In this document: positions 1-9,439 of the stretch, piece by piece | How the letters are laid out: each line of letters opens with the position of its first letter | Position numbering within the stretch: position 1 is the stretch's first letter | Source of the DNA: a virus | Direction: 5' to 3' (one strand) | DNA: 64,000 bases | Virus record (IMG/VR): IMGVR_UViG_3300005534_000001 | Coordinates: 1 to 64,000 of that record | Program-made: the position numbers and the translations under genes | Notes under the pieces: model-generated | Told to the model about the DNA's origin: nothing | Database searches by the model: none | Seen by the model: the letters and a program-made list of their open reading frames with translations, nothing else

Positions 1-430
1 TCTCTACTCGTTCTATGGCCTTGTCCGGTTCGCCGTGGCACTCCAATACGATTCCACGGCAATCTACGAAGGCACCATAGGATTCAACGCGAAAATTAAA
101 CTTGCCATATCCCCTTGGCAATCCCATGCGTTCCTGATTTTCCCAGAGAGCCTGCGAGACGGCACACGTATTGCAGTTGTGGCCCTCCCCGCGCCTAATG
201 CAATCGGCAGTTATTGGGATGGCAAAGAGCCGATGCGTCTTGAGCAGGGCGATTCTGGCCTTGGCCGCACTCCACATAGATCCTAACGTCTCAGTCGTTC
301 GCCGTGGGCCTATTTCTACGCCAGCGAGTACGCCATCTCTGTACATGGCGATTCGATATTGCCAGAACTTGCGCTCGTCGCCGTATTCAATCCTGCTAGG
401 CAGTACTTTGAATTTTATATCGTCGCCCAT
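1..430 (-). CDS. hypothetical phage protein, runs off the window start
   Basis: Not in ORF track. Manual translation from ATG 430 (RBS AGGAG) gives MGDDIKFKVLPSRIEYGDERKFWQY..., open to the window edge. Confidence 0.7.
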   Translation of the reverse strand, partial: MGDDIKFKVLPSRIEYGDERKFWQYRIAMYRDGVLAGVEIGPRRTTETLGSMWSAAKARIALLKTHRLFAIPITADCIRRGEGHNCNTCAVSQALWENQERMGLPRGYGKFNFRVESYGAFVDCRGIVLECHGEPDKAIERVE

Positions 431-500
431 TGCTTCTCCTTCTGAAAGTGTCCGCGCCGTGGTCTTGGAGGACAACGGCGCGATTGGCTCGCGCTGTTTA

Positions 501-1214
501 TCACGGCGCGGACTCTGTTTGATCTTCGCCGGTTACGGCATCCAACTTGCCCAGCCACACGTTGAGCGTGTCCAGAAATTCATTGAGGTCGTACTTCTGT
601 TGCTCTTGGCCTTTGAGCGAATCAGTTAAGTCTCTCAGGAACATCGTGTCAATGCCCATGAGTTGCTTGCGCAAATCGGCATAGGTGTCAATCTGGAGCG
701 CCTGGATACGCAGACCTAACTTGATTGCCTCAATTCCTGAGAAATGGAAGCCACGCTTGATGAACTTACGCAGACGGTACAACGAGCAAATCGGATATTC
801 GGCTTTGATGTTGAAGACTAACCGGCGCTGGGCCAAGTGTTGGAAGAAATCTTTGCCAAAGATAAATCCGTCATTCCAATCCAATCCACCCTGGCAGATT
901 GTGAAATCAAATCCTTCAAGGACTTCTGCTGGGGTGCGGAGAACGCACTTAATTAACTGGACGCGATGGCCATCTAAAACGACCGAACACGCGGAATCGG
1001 TATGGACTGTTTTCTCGTCTTGCGGACAGGCCAGCAATGCTTGATCGAGGACTTTCTTGTTCGGAAAGAAAAGGTCGAAGTCATTGATTCGCGCTGAAGA
1101 GAACACGCTGGTTATTGCACCGCCAGCCAAGAAAGCCCCATTGTGCTCCATGAGTGAACGGACTGTTGGCCCCATTTGATCTTTGAGAAATGATAATTCT
1201 CGGTAATAGTTCAT
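501..1214 (-). CDS. pol-beta-superfamily nucleotidyltransferase (polyA polymerase/CCA head-domain-like)
   Basis: LAGGAI..NDFDLFF (GG + DxD) and FDFTICQ motifs. ATG 1214 overlaps the upstream stop (ATGA). Confidence 0.75.
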   Translation of the reverse strand: MNYYRELSFLKDQMGPTVRSLMEHNGAFLAGGAITSVFSSARINDFDLFFPNKKVLDQALLACPQDEKTVHTDSACSVVLDGHRVQLIKCVLRTPAEVLEGFDFTICQGGLDWNDGFIFGKDFFQHLAQRRLVFNIKAEYPICSLYRLRKFIKRGFHFSGIEAIKLGLRIQALQIDTYADLRKQLMGIDTMFLRDLTDSLKGQEQQKYDLNEFLDTLNVWLGKLDAVTGEDQTESAP

Positions 1215-1423
1215 GCAGCCTCCACATGTTTGCAATGCTTACCGCAGCATTTCTGGCAACGGCCATTAACGCACCGTGCGGCTTTCGGCGCGGGCCCTCC
1301 GCACTGGTTACAATGCCTCTCACGCAGGCAAGCTGTACAGGAAATACCATGCGGGTATGGCTTACGCTGATCCGCGCTGAGTTTCAGTAGAGCGCCAAGC
1401 GGGAATACCCATTCGTTTCTCAT
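1211..1423 (-). CDS. small Cys-rich hypothetical protein
   Basis: Several CxxC pairs; translationally coupled to neighbours. Confidence 0.6.
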   Translation of the reverse strand: MRNEWVFPLGALLKLSADQRKPYPHGISCTACLRERHCNQCGGPAPKAARCVNGRCQKCCGKHCKHVEAA

Positions 1424-1716
1424 ATACTCCCAGTCTCATAAAACTTCTGGAGAAATGGCAACAAATACCCGACCTGTTCCCGTGTTAGGTGCATCCGCGT
1501 GTTGCACTGAAAATTCTCCGGCACATTGACAGGCTTCCATCCTTCACCCGGAATCAGGGCTCTGGGGTCTGCCTTCTCGCACCCCAGCCAGATAGCATTC
1601 TCGGTTGCTAGGCTGCTGGCCTGAATAGTGCATTGGACTTGGTTGAAATCGCGGAATTTAACCAGCGCAAATCCGCGATTCGTTTTCGTGACTTCAAATT
1701 CCATTTCAGTTTTCAT
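1420..1716 (-). CDS. conserved phage hypothetical protein
   Basis: TNRGF..F.D...C.IQ.SSLA....IWLG...RMHLTREQV pattern recalled from phage proteins. Start moved to ATG 1716. Confidence 0.65.
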   Translation of the reverse strand: MKTEMEFEVTKTNRGFALVKFRDFNQVQCTIQASSLATENAIWLGCEKADPRALIPGEGWKPVNVPENFQCNTRMHLTREQVGYLLPFLQKFYETGSI

Positions 1717-2035
1717 GAGTATGATTCTCCAGATTCCAGCCATTCTCCGCCACATCCGTAATGAGTTCCACCTTCGTTCGTGCCTGGATAGTCGCTTCTT
1801 TCGCGGCCACACGCTGAACAGCGCCAGATGATCTGCAAATCGTGTTGTCGGGCCTCATCGGAATAACGGTAATCATCGTATCCCATTACCGCCTCACTCT
1901 CTTCCGCATCGCGGCAAGGAAAACAGCGGCATCATGACGTGTGGAAAATTCAAAGGTCATACGTTCGGCGCAACCGCCTCGAATGGTGACTATGGTGTTT
2001 TTGGTCTGATATGCAGTGTGGGTTGAAACGCTCAT
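1713..2035 (-). CDS. two short hypothetical ORFs (1713-1886, 57 aa; 1886-2035, 49 aa)
   Basis: Manual translation; coupled stop/start codons; GGAGG RBS before 2035. Confidence 0.55.
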
Positions 2036-2063
2036 TCTCAACGTCCTCCAAGACGATGGCTAA

Positions 2064-2091
2064 ATAATACTCTGCCAATTGATTATGTCAA
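2064..2091 (-). promoter_or_regulatory. sigma70-type promoter
   Basis: TTGACA-16 nt-TATTAT on minus strand. Confidence 0.6.
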
Positions 2092-2624
2092 CAAAAATCG
2101 GCTAAAAAATCTTCCTCTGGAATCACCGCTTTCACGGTCTCTTTCGCTTGCTTCTGCCGTGAATTCCACGCGCCTGCCGCTAATTTTGTGCATTTCTCCA
2201 ATCGGCCCATCACGTCCGTTACTGGAGTGTTACCGAACTTTGCCGCGAAGGTCATCATGAGGCCGTTGAAGAACCTGAACTCTTCTCTAGTCATACGCCC
2301 TTTGATATTGTTGCACTCAGCGCATGGGACGCCTAGGTTGTCAAGGCCGGCGCTCCCGCCTCTATGGAGAGGTACGCAGTGGTCTACTGCGCAGCCTAAT
2401 AGGTCTATGGGTTTGGTGCAATATTCGCAGCAGATGACTCCGAATTCACCGCCGAAAATCTTCAGCACCCATTCCCCTAATTGCTTCTGATTGAACGGCA
2501 ACGGAATAGCCTGACGCCTGACTCGTCCTGCATTGCGACCTGACTTCCATTTCTTCTCAGACGTTCGCCGGCGCATCCCGCTGTAGATGTTGGCTACTCG
2601 CTTTTCGAATTGTTCACTTGGCAT
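2088..2624 (-). CDS. HNH endonuclease
   Basis: CEYC...VDHCVPLHRGG...NL..PC..CN..KG. Confidence 0.85.
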   Translation of the reverse strand: MPSEQFEKRVANIYSGMRRRTSEKKWKSGRNAGRVRRQAIPLPFNQKQLGEWVLKIFGGEFGVICCEYCTKPIDLLGCAVDHCVPLHRGGSAGLDNLGVPCAECNNIKGRMTREEFRFFNGLMMTFAAKFGNTPVTDVMGRLEKCTKLAAGAWNSRQKQAKETVKAVIPEEDFLADFC

Positions 2625-2823
2625 CTTCTTTTGCCTCTCCAATCGCATCATGTAGCAATCTCATGGCGCTCGTAATCTTTATGAACATCCAATAAGGTAT
2701 CAGCACAGCGGCAGGCTCCGGCACATTTCTGTAATGCACGATCTGGGCGCAGTCCAGAGACTTAAGCCGCTTGCGGTTCATCGCGTTCAGATCGGCAATG
2801 CCGATGTGCTTTTCGCGGATCAT
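2614..2823 (-). CDS. small protein with Phd/YefM antitoxin-like pattern
   Basis: IGIADL...PAAVLIPY..F resembles the Phd N-terminal fold. Confidence 0.35.
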   Translation of the reverse strand: MIREKHIGIADLNAMNRKRLKSLDCAQIVHYRNVPEPAAVLIPYWMFIKITSAMRLLHDAIGEAKEDAK

Positions 2824-3170
2824 GGTTTTTTCCAATCAGGAAACGGGATTTCATCTTCACGCTTCCACCAGCGTACCCGTAATCCCCTGAATCCCGGTAT
2901 CGGTTCAGCGATTGTACAGGCCACTGCATTACCTTCGCGGCAAATGATAAATCCTTCTGCTGGATGCTCTACGCGAGTAACAGGAGCCCAGCCACGCAAC
3001 CTGCCATGAGCGACAACATAGAATCGGTCTCCCGGTTTCATACTTCTTGCCAGAGAGTGCCCCGTATACCATCCCCACTCTTCGCCAGTCGGAGGATCGC
3101 CAGCGGCATCGCCTTCGGCTATCCACTCATTCCAGAAGTCTTTCGGGCAAGTTCCTACTAAATCGCTCAT
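2820..3170 (-). CDS. PUA-fold (ASCH/EVE-like) protein
   Basis: KPGDRFYVVAHGRLRGWA..V and C-terminal IPGFRGLR. Confidence 0.55.
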   Translation of the reverse strand: MSDLVGTCPKDFWNEWIAEGDAAGDPPTGEEWGWYTGHSLARSMKPGDRFYVVAHGRLRGWAPVTRVEHPAEGFIICREGNAVACTIAEPIPGFRGLRVRWWKREDEIPFPDWKKP

Positions 3171-3575
3171 TTCTTCTCTCCTAGAAACTTCCAGTGAATG
3201 ATATCTCCCACAAACGGCAAGCGGCCTTCCCAGAATTGCATCATTTCGGCGAAGGTTTCAAAGCCGTCCGCGAATGCTAGAGAATCCTTCTCATCTGCCG
3301 ATAGGTCGTTGCCGTCGATGGTGATGCTTGGGAATAAACAGCCCTTGGCCAGCACGCCAGTACCGACAGGTGGCCGCAGTTCAATCTTAATCTCTTCCAA
3401 CTTCACGCACTCAGTATTGAAGATCCGCTTGCAGTTCTTCGTTCGCATCCCTGTAAAGATGATAGAGTTTGTCGCCCACTTTCCATTGTCGCTTGCGCTT
3501 GTCCCTGATCGTGTGGCGCTTACGACCGCTGCGAATGTGAGGATCGAATTGGAGTTTAAAGCTTAGGGCTGGCAT
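3167..3575 (-). pseudogene. ASCH-domain protein split by a 1-nt frameshift near 3461
   Basis: MPALSFKLQFDPHIRSGRKRHTIR...VGDKLY joins IFTGMRTKNC...AFADGF if one C is removed (CTC TAT C ATC TTT ACA GGG ATG). Confidence 0.75.
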
Positions 3576-4576
3576 TTATCCTCTGGGTATTCGCGGATTC
3601 TTAAATCCTGCGGCCATTCCGACATGTCTCCGCCCTTTTTATCTACGAGGTGCTTGCGAAAATATCCTTTACCCGTATCGAGCATTCCCGTACTACGAGG
3701 CCAGTGCTGGTTAGGACCAGTTATGCCACTCGTTACAACATGCGCACCCATCTGCTTAACAAATACTGAAACCTTAGCCACTTGGCATTGATCTACTATG
3801 CTACGCATCGCCTCTACATTCATTGGCCTTGCCTTGGGGCCACTCTCGCCGCCTACTACGACCCAGGAAATTCCCCGCAAGTCTATCGTGTGCTCCGCCA
3901 ACATCGGCTCATCCGATAGCCATTTCATTCCCCAGTTGGTTTCGCGCATGTAGGGCAAAGTCCAATCCGCGCTTGGTTGATCTTCGATTGAGCAGCCGAG
4001 GTGTATATGTTCTCCAATTCCGTAACTGTGTAATTGACCGCCTTCGTCCAGCATTCTCGCAATATTCAACCCGTTATTGAAAACGGATGCACTCACTTTG
4101 TTTCCCCGCACGAGTTGTCGCATGGCTTCCGCAATTCTCTTTGGGGTCTCCACAGAGTTAATGTAATCACGCTGGATATCGGGTCGCTTGGTCAACGATT
4201 GGAAGGTATGCTGCGGACAAAGCAGCATCACGGAAAATCCAAGGTCTACCCATTCCCGCTTAGCGTTCGGATGGAATAGATCAGACATTGAGTTAACGAA
4301 TATCATTGTAGGTTTTTTCTTCCGCAACGGGTCAAGCAGGTGATCTTCGGAGAAGTCAACCTTACCAGTCCAATGAGCTGACGCTCCTTGGATAATAACT
4401 AGCCCTTCGTAGGGCAACCCAGGCCCACAGAATCGTCCGCCTGTATCGCGAGCGTAACAATGGCGACATCCCTCCCTCAGAACCGGCTTACCGTTTGGTC
4501 CTGGCATTGTGGCCAGTGAACAGCCACGCAGGAAATTCCATGTGAACTCGGTCCATTCGATTGAAGTGTTCCCCAT
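3563..4576 (-). CDS. DUF5131 / phage Gp37-Gp68 family protein (radical-SAM-like)
   Basis: TSIEWT..TWN...GC...GCRHCYA, IFVNSMSDLFH, LTKRP, WVVVGGESG..ARPM, FVKQMG. Confidence 0.9.
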   Translation of the reverse strand: MGNTSIEWTEFTWNFLRGCSLATMPGPNGKPVLREGCRHCYARDTGGRFCGPGLPYEGLVIIQGASAHWTGKVDFSEDHLLDPLRKKKPTMIFVNSMSDLFHPNAKREWVDLGFSVMLLCPQHTFQSLTKRPDIQRDYINSVETPKRIAEAMRQLVRGNKVSASVFNNGLNIARMLDEGGQLHSYGIGEHIHLGCSIEDQPSADWTLPYMRETNWGMKWLSDEPMLAEHTIDLRGISWVVVGGESGPKARPMNVEAMRSIVDQCQVAKVSVFVKQMGAHVVTSGITGPNQHWPRSTGMLDTGKGYFRKHLVDKKGGDMSEWPQDLRIREYPEDKCQP

Positions 4577-4756
4577 TTACCCCATCCCCCTAATCGCATC
4601 CTGAATCTCTTGGCACGATCTTGTCAATGATTCTGTTGCCGCTTCGTCGCGTTCACTATCGGACTTTACGAGAATATCTTGCGCGTCTTTCATGTGCTCT
4701 CTGGCCTTGCTCAGATGTTCCTTAGCGAGTCGGCGCTGTAGTTTTGTCAGGATCAT
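4577..4756 (-). CDS. short helical hypothetical protein (59 aa)
   Basis: Manual translation MILTKLQRRLAKEHL...; fills the gap with coupled ends. Confidence 0.55.
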   Translation of the reverse strand: MILTKLQRRLAKEHLSKAREHMKDAQDILVKSDSERDEAATESLTRSCQEIQDAIRGMG

Positions 4757-5415
4757 CCAAACAACTCCCGCTTGGCATTGTGACGCGCTTCTGTGATTTG
4801 CCTAAATGTGTCTGCATTACCGCCGTAATCGGGATGGTGCTTTTTCACCAGATCGCGGTAGGCGCTTTCAATCTTTTCTAGATTGACCTGTTCTGTTTCT
4901 CCGAATCCGAGATGGTATCTCCACGAGCCGCTCGCTTGTTCTGGAAGTGCAGCGAATCCAAGGAACGCACGGTTTAGGATTTCAGCACCTCCATGTCGCT
5001 CTATGGCTCGCATCGCCTCAAGTGTGGCCGCAATCGCAGCAAGATTATCGGCCACATTGGTATAGCGGTCAATCGCCATGCAGCGCTGCTGATTACCGTC
5101 CATCCAGTAAACTGCCGCCCCTGGATCTGATGGCTCTTTCCCGCTTCGCGGCATACCGTCAAGTTTCGGCTCAACGTTTGTCGAAACGACAACCGAACTG
5201 GTATTCACGCACATCATGTCCAACTGCTGAAGCAATCGCTTAACCGAATCGGCAGTAGTAACCGGATTAGTGACCGTGTATCTGTCCTGAGTATTTGGAG
5301 ACGTGTGCCGGTACTTAGTTTCCTTGCGGCTGAATCTTCCATTCACTCGTTGCGCTAAAGATGTGCGCTTCCATCCATCCGGCCAGCACAGAGGGTAACT
5401 CTGTTTGTTGTTCAT
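4753..5415 (-). CDS. phage J-domain (DnaJ-type) protein
   Basis: C-terminal AYRDLVKKHHPDYGG; N-terminal YPLCWPDGWKRT and CMAIDRY..VADNLAAIA domain typical of phage J-proteins. Confidence 0.85.
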   Translation of the reverse strand: MNNKQSYPLCWPDGWKRTSLAQRVNGRFSRKETKYRHTSPNTQDRYTVTNPVTTADSVKRLLQQLDMMCVNTSSVVVSTNVEPKLDGMPRSGKEPSDPGAAVYWMDGNQQRCMAIDRYTNVADNLAAIAATLEAMRAIERHGGAEILNRAFLGFAALPEQASGSWRYHLGFGETEQVNLEKIESAYRDLVKKHHPDYGGNADTFRQITEARHNAKRELFG

Positions 5416-5627
5416 TGCGCCTTCCTGTTCATTCTCGGATAGCCGCGCCACATTACAGTGCGGTCTCTTTCGGAAACGACAACACGCGAGTTGACTGGAA
5501 ATTCTGGCTTCACTAATCCAGAGCGGCCTTCGCGCAAACATTCAAACGCTTCGCCGTCATTCTCGTAAACTAGGTCGCCTTCGTTGTACCACTTGTTCGG
5601 TACCCATGCTGCTAGTTTGTCGGTCAC
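5412..5627 (-). CDS. small protein with CBM5/12-like aromatic beta motif
   Basis: WVPNKWYNEGDLV...FEC...G.SG..P.FP...V.W. Confidence 0.45.
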   Translation of the reverse strand: MTDKLAAWVPNKWYNEGDLVYENDGEAFECLREGRSGLVKPEFPVNSRVVVSERDRTVMWRGYPRMNRKAQ

Positions 5628-5914
5628 GTCAGCCTACTTTCAGGAGGTGGAGGAAGCGTACGCTCCAGTGCTTCTTTGAGAATCCAGAAGTCCACCGCTG
5701 ATACTTCGAACTCATCCCCATCTATCACATCGCAGTCTGTAAATATCGCCTGCCCAGATCCTGCCCCGCCAAGATAGAATTGGCAGTCATGAATCACATA
5801 CCCGCTGTATTCTGGATTGTCCGCATTTCTCCACCAGATCGCGGCATACACTTCGCTATCATCTGGCGGTAATTACTCGGCGGTCTTGTTCCAGGTGATC
5901 TCGCTGACTTTCAC
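5624..5914 (-). pseudogene. hypothetical gene with in-frame TAA at 5873-5875
   Basis: GTG 5914 (coupled to upstream stop) reads VKVSEITWNKTAE*LPPDDSEVYAAIWW; the W.K..E.LP motif spans the stop. Confidence 0.65.
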
Positions 5915-6903
5915 TTTATCCTCTTCTCTTCGGCCTGCAATCCCATGATCGTTTCGCCCCGCGATTCATTGTCGGCATTAATGCACCGTGCGCCAAGTTT
6001 ATAGATCGTATCGGGCACGAGTTTATGTAACAACACGATTCTTGTTCCATCATCGGCAGTCAGCCAGAATGCGGCCTTCTCAACGTATGCTGGTATCGCT
6101 CGTTTCATTCCGGCGCTTTCACTGGCAACGCTTCAATCTGTTGGTCTTTCACTGCTTCATAACACCCAGGAACCGATAACACATGAAGCCAGCAAATCCA
6201 TTGACCACCGCCAATGTAATAGCCTGCCGTCATTGGACAATCTTTATCGGCGCTGCAAAGTCTCGCGTTCATTTCGTGGCCTTCGTCACATAGAAATTCT
6301 CCAGCATCTTTCGGCCCCGTGGAGTTGTAATACATTCCAACGGATGCCCCATAAATACGAGCACTTCCCCGCCTGCTGTTCGGAGGAATGTGGCCTTGGT
6401 TCTACCGCCGTTATTGTCGGCATATTGCAACGCCTTGTACGATGCGCTATGTTCGCCAACTATATTGGCCATACGCTCAACTGTTGCCAAATCCATTTCG
6501 CAGGTGATGTAGTCTTTCATTTCGCCGCCTTCACACTTGCCCGCTCAAGCCATTCATCCAGCGCATCGCGGAGCTTCTCGACTTGCTTACGCGTAAGAAT
6601 TACTGAATCCTCCGCTTCGAACATACTCACGCGTAGCCACGGATACCACTTACCGTTCTCTGGCCTATCGTCTCGCCCGTCTCTTGTGATGTGGTCTGGA
6701 ATAGCTGCTAACCCGAAAATACCTCCGCGCTTGTCTTTGTCGGACGGCAGGACTCCGCTGTGCTGATATTCAATCGGGGCACTGCCGCAGGTACAGGGCT
6801 TAGAATTGTCTTGCTCGTACACTCCACGCCGAACCTTGCGAATGCGCTTGCAACGCGGCAAGTGATCACACCCGAAATCGAAGATGCTGCAATAGATGCT
6901 CAC
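5911..6903 (-). CDS. run of four short hypothetical ORFs (5911-6108, 6105-6272, 6269-6520, 6517-6903)
   Basis: Head-to-tail ATGA/GTGA coupling; no family recognised. Confidence 0.55.
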
Positions 6904-7136
6904 TGTGCCGCCTTGATGATTTGAGCGACCAGAAAATCGCTGATACTCCGGCGCTGCTTGGCAACATCGCACAGGTATTGCTTACTGATCCCTAATTGTT
7001 GGGCTAGTACAGTAGCGTTGCCGTGGATTTGTTCGGCCTCTCCAGCAAGAGCGGCAGCTAATTCGGAAGATGCTATCCGTTCCTGTTTGCGTAAATTGGC
7101 AAGCCGCTGCGCTCTTCGACGTAATTGTTTAATCAT
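6900..7136 (-). CDS. Cro/XRE-like HTH protein
   Basis: ATVLAQQLGISKQYLCDV...RRSIS. Confidence 0.8.
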   Translation of the reverse strand: MIKQLRRRAQRLANLRKQERIASSELAAALAGEAEQIHGNATVLAQQLGISKQYLCDVAKQRRSISDFLVAQIIKAAQ

Positions 7137-7145
7137 AGATACTAC

Positions 7146-7175
7146 ACGATAAGCGGATTGCCGTATTTATGTCAA
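7146..7175 (-). promoter_or_regulatory. sigma70-type promoter, probably leaderless transcript of the HTH gene
   Basis: TTGACA-18 nt-TATCGT, 9 nt before ATG 7136, no SD. Confidence 0.55.
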
Positions 7176-7414
7176 GGACTATTTCGAACCGGCAAAACGT
7201 ACCCATGGACATGCGGAATCCCAGCCAATTGTTCATCCCTGTATTCGACAAACGTAAGATGTGCTCGGCCTGGAGAGCCATTTGGCATCACTGGAATCTT
7301 GCAGCCATTAGGACACTTTGCGAGTCCCGGCGTTCCCATTTCATTTCCGCAGTACCGGCCTGAGACGATCAAGCGTTGACAGCAAGAGAGACGGAATATG
7401 GCGGCCATGCTCAT
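7172..7414 (-). CDS. hypothetical protein
   Basis: ORF coupled to the upstream MazG-like gene (TAATG). Confidence 0.5.
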   Translation of the reverse strand: MSMAAIFRLSCCQRLIVSGRYCGNEMGTPGLAKCPNGCKIPVMPNGSPGRAHLTFVEYRDEQLAGIPHVHGYVLPVRNSP

Positions 7415-7710
7415 TAAGTCACCAGTCCGCGCTCTCTGGAAATCTGTAGGTACTTCTCAATCTTGGCCGACTTCTCGAAATATGCTTCAGCCAATTCGTC
7501 CTGTGTTGCAATTGGAATCAGTTTACGGCCTTCGAGAATGGTGACCACTGAGCGCAGATCGTTTATCTCGGCCATGAGTCGTTGAAGATTGTTCTCTGTA
7601 TGCCCCTCTTGGATTTCGTCGTCTCCGAACTGGAGCAACTTTAAAACTCGGTGCTGAACTTCGGAGCACTCTTCAGCGAGTTTCAGGAATATGTGTTCTT
7701 TGGTGGTCAT
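7414..7710 (-). CDS. MazG-like NTP pyrophosphohydrolase
   Basis: LAEECSEV...K...FG...NLQRL.AEINDL (EExxE / ExxD). Confidence 0.8.
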   Translation of the reverse strand: MTTKEHIFLKLAEECSEVQHRVLKLLQFGDDEIQEGHTENNLQRLMAEINDLRSVVTILEGRKLIPIATQDELAEAYFEKSAKIEKYLQISRERGLVT

Positions 7711-7714
7711 CGTT

Positions 7715-9037
7715 TCAATACCCCCTCATGCTGCGATTCTCAAATCTCACCCAGCGGCCAAGATAAGTAACGAACACTACTCCAGATTCACCGCCTCTTT
7801 GCACGATTATGATTTCGTCTTCGCCAGTATATTTGCCGTCGAGTTTTGGCCGGTAAATCAGCAAAATAGTATTGGCATCGGCCTCAAGGGAACCAGACTC
7901 TTTCAAGTCCCAAATCTCAGGCCGCTTGCTTGGACTCTTATCCCCAGGTCGGGCTAATTGTGAAAGGGCAATCACCGCAAGCTCTTCACGTTTGGCCAGT
8001 GTCCTCAGTGACCGAGAAATTTTAATCATGCGCTGGCGAATATCTCCGGTGCCGTTGATGATCTGAATGTAATCCACGCCAATCAGTTTTACTCCGTGGC
8101 GTTTTTTCATCAATCGAGCGCGGGCACAAATCTCGTTAGCGTTAATTTCCGCGTCATCGTCAATGTAGAGCTGCCATGAGTCCACAACTTGCTTTGCCGA
8201 TAGCAGCCGCGTCATGTCATCCTCTTCAAGCAAGCGGGGATTTCTGATGCGTTCGTAATTGATCTTCCCGACTGAAGCGTATAACCGTTCAAGAATTGCC
8301 TCTCGGTTCATCTCGACTGAGAAAAGACCAACTGGTATCCCCTGCTTACAATTCGCTTCAATTGCCTGCAAGAGAGCCGAGGTTTTCCCATCTTTAGGGC
8401 GACCGCCGATGATCGTAAATTCCTTGATTCGAATACCACCAGTTCGGCTATCAAGATCCTCAATCCCGTAAGAAAATCCCGGCAACGCTTCTCCGTTAGC
8501 CCTCAGATTGAAAATCTGGTTCACTACCTCATCAGAAAAGTCGGCAACATGCGCGGCGTCTCCTCGACTGTGGCCTACCAGTTCCATCAAATCCTCATCG
8601 TGCATTGAGGCAATATGCATGGCTGGGTCAGAATCTTCTTGGCATTGTTCAATCGTGGAATTACAAACGTGAATCAACTTCCGCTTGGATGATTTATCCT
8701 TGACTAGGTTCACATAGACGGCGATATTTTTGACTCGCGGTAGCCCTTTGGCCAGATCGAAAATATATTCATGGCCACCGACCGCTTCAAGTTCTCCGTG
8801 GGCCTTCAGTTGATGCGGTAGCGTAGTGTAGTCAATCGGATGGCCGGCATCGGACAGTTCAGCCATGCGCGAGAAAACTTTCTGGTGCGAGTCAAAATAA
8901 AAATCTCCAGCATTGAGTTTTGCAAGAGCTTGGTCAAGGCACTGATTGTCAAGCAGGACGGCACCCAGAAGCGATCTCTCGGCCTCTAGGCTGAATGGCA
9001 TGGACTCTTTGACGGGTTGGGCTAGGGAAGGCTTCAT
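7715..9037 (-). CDS. dnaB: replicative DNA helicase
   Basis: N-terminal EAERSLLGAVLL, Walker A GGRPKDGKTS, FSVEM, VDYIQ, LSQL.R, DLKESGSLEADA. Confidence 0.95.
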   Translation of the reverse strand: MKPSLAQPVKESMPFSLEAERSLLGAVLLDNQCLDQALAKLNAGDFYFDSHQKVFSRMAELSDAGHPIDYTTLPHQLKAHGELEAVGGHEYIFDLAKGLPRVKNIAVYVNLVKDKSSKRKLIHVCNSTIEQCQEDSDPAMHIASMHDEDLMELVGHSRGDAAHVADFSDEVVNQIFNLRANGEALPGFSYGIEDLDSRTGGIRIKEFTIIGGRPKDGKTSALLQAIEANCKQGIPVGLFSVEMNREAILERLYASVGKINYERIRNPRLLEEDDMTRLLSAKQVVDSWQLYIDDDAEINANEICARARLMKKRHGVKLIGVDYIQIINGTGDIRQRMIKISRSLRTLAKREELAVIALSQLARPGDKSPSKRPEIWDLKESGSLEADANTILLIYRPKLDGKYTGEDEIIIVQRGGESGVVFVTYLGRWVRFENRSMRGY

Positions 9038-9046
9038 GTGTCCAAA

Positions 9047-9439
9047 TTATGGCCGTGGCGGAGGCGTGTACCCTGGATCAAAACGCTGCCCATTGGCGTT
9101 CACGTAGCTTTCGCCTTCGAAGTGACCGCCCCAGTAATCGGGAGCACACGCCCTGATCATGCCAGGAGTCGGACGGAATCCGCGCTTGTCGGATTTCAGG
9201 AAATATTTAAACCCTTCACGAATCTGAGTCGGGGTCAAGTCTTCCAGACATTCCATCCACAACTGGGCCAGTTCCGGAGTGAACTCCATTGCGTACTGAG
9301 TCCCTATTGCCATCAGAATCTCGCCCGTTGCCTTGATTCGCTCCAAGTTTTCGGATTGCTGCTTCTGTAGCTGCGTTGGCGTTTGCGTAATGTCGCTTTT
9401 CTGCTGTTGTTGGGTATTGCCCGTTTCCATTTGTTCCAC
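9047..9439 (-). CDS. probable helicase loader/inhibitor (G39P / lambda P-like)
   Basis: LWMECLEDL...FRPTPGMIR motif; lies between initiator and dnaB. Confidence 0.6.
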   Translation of the reverse strand: MEQMETGNTQQQQKSDITQTPTQLQKQQSENLERIKATGEILMAIGTQYAMEFTPELAQLWMECLEDLTPTQIREGFKYFLKSDKRGFRPTPGMIRACAPDYWGGHFEGESYVNANGQRFDPGYTPPPRP

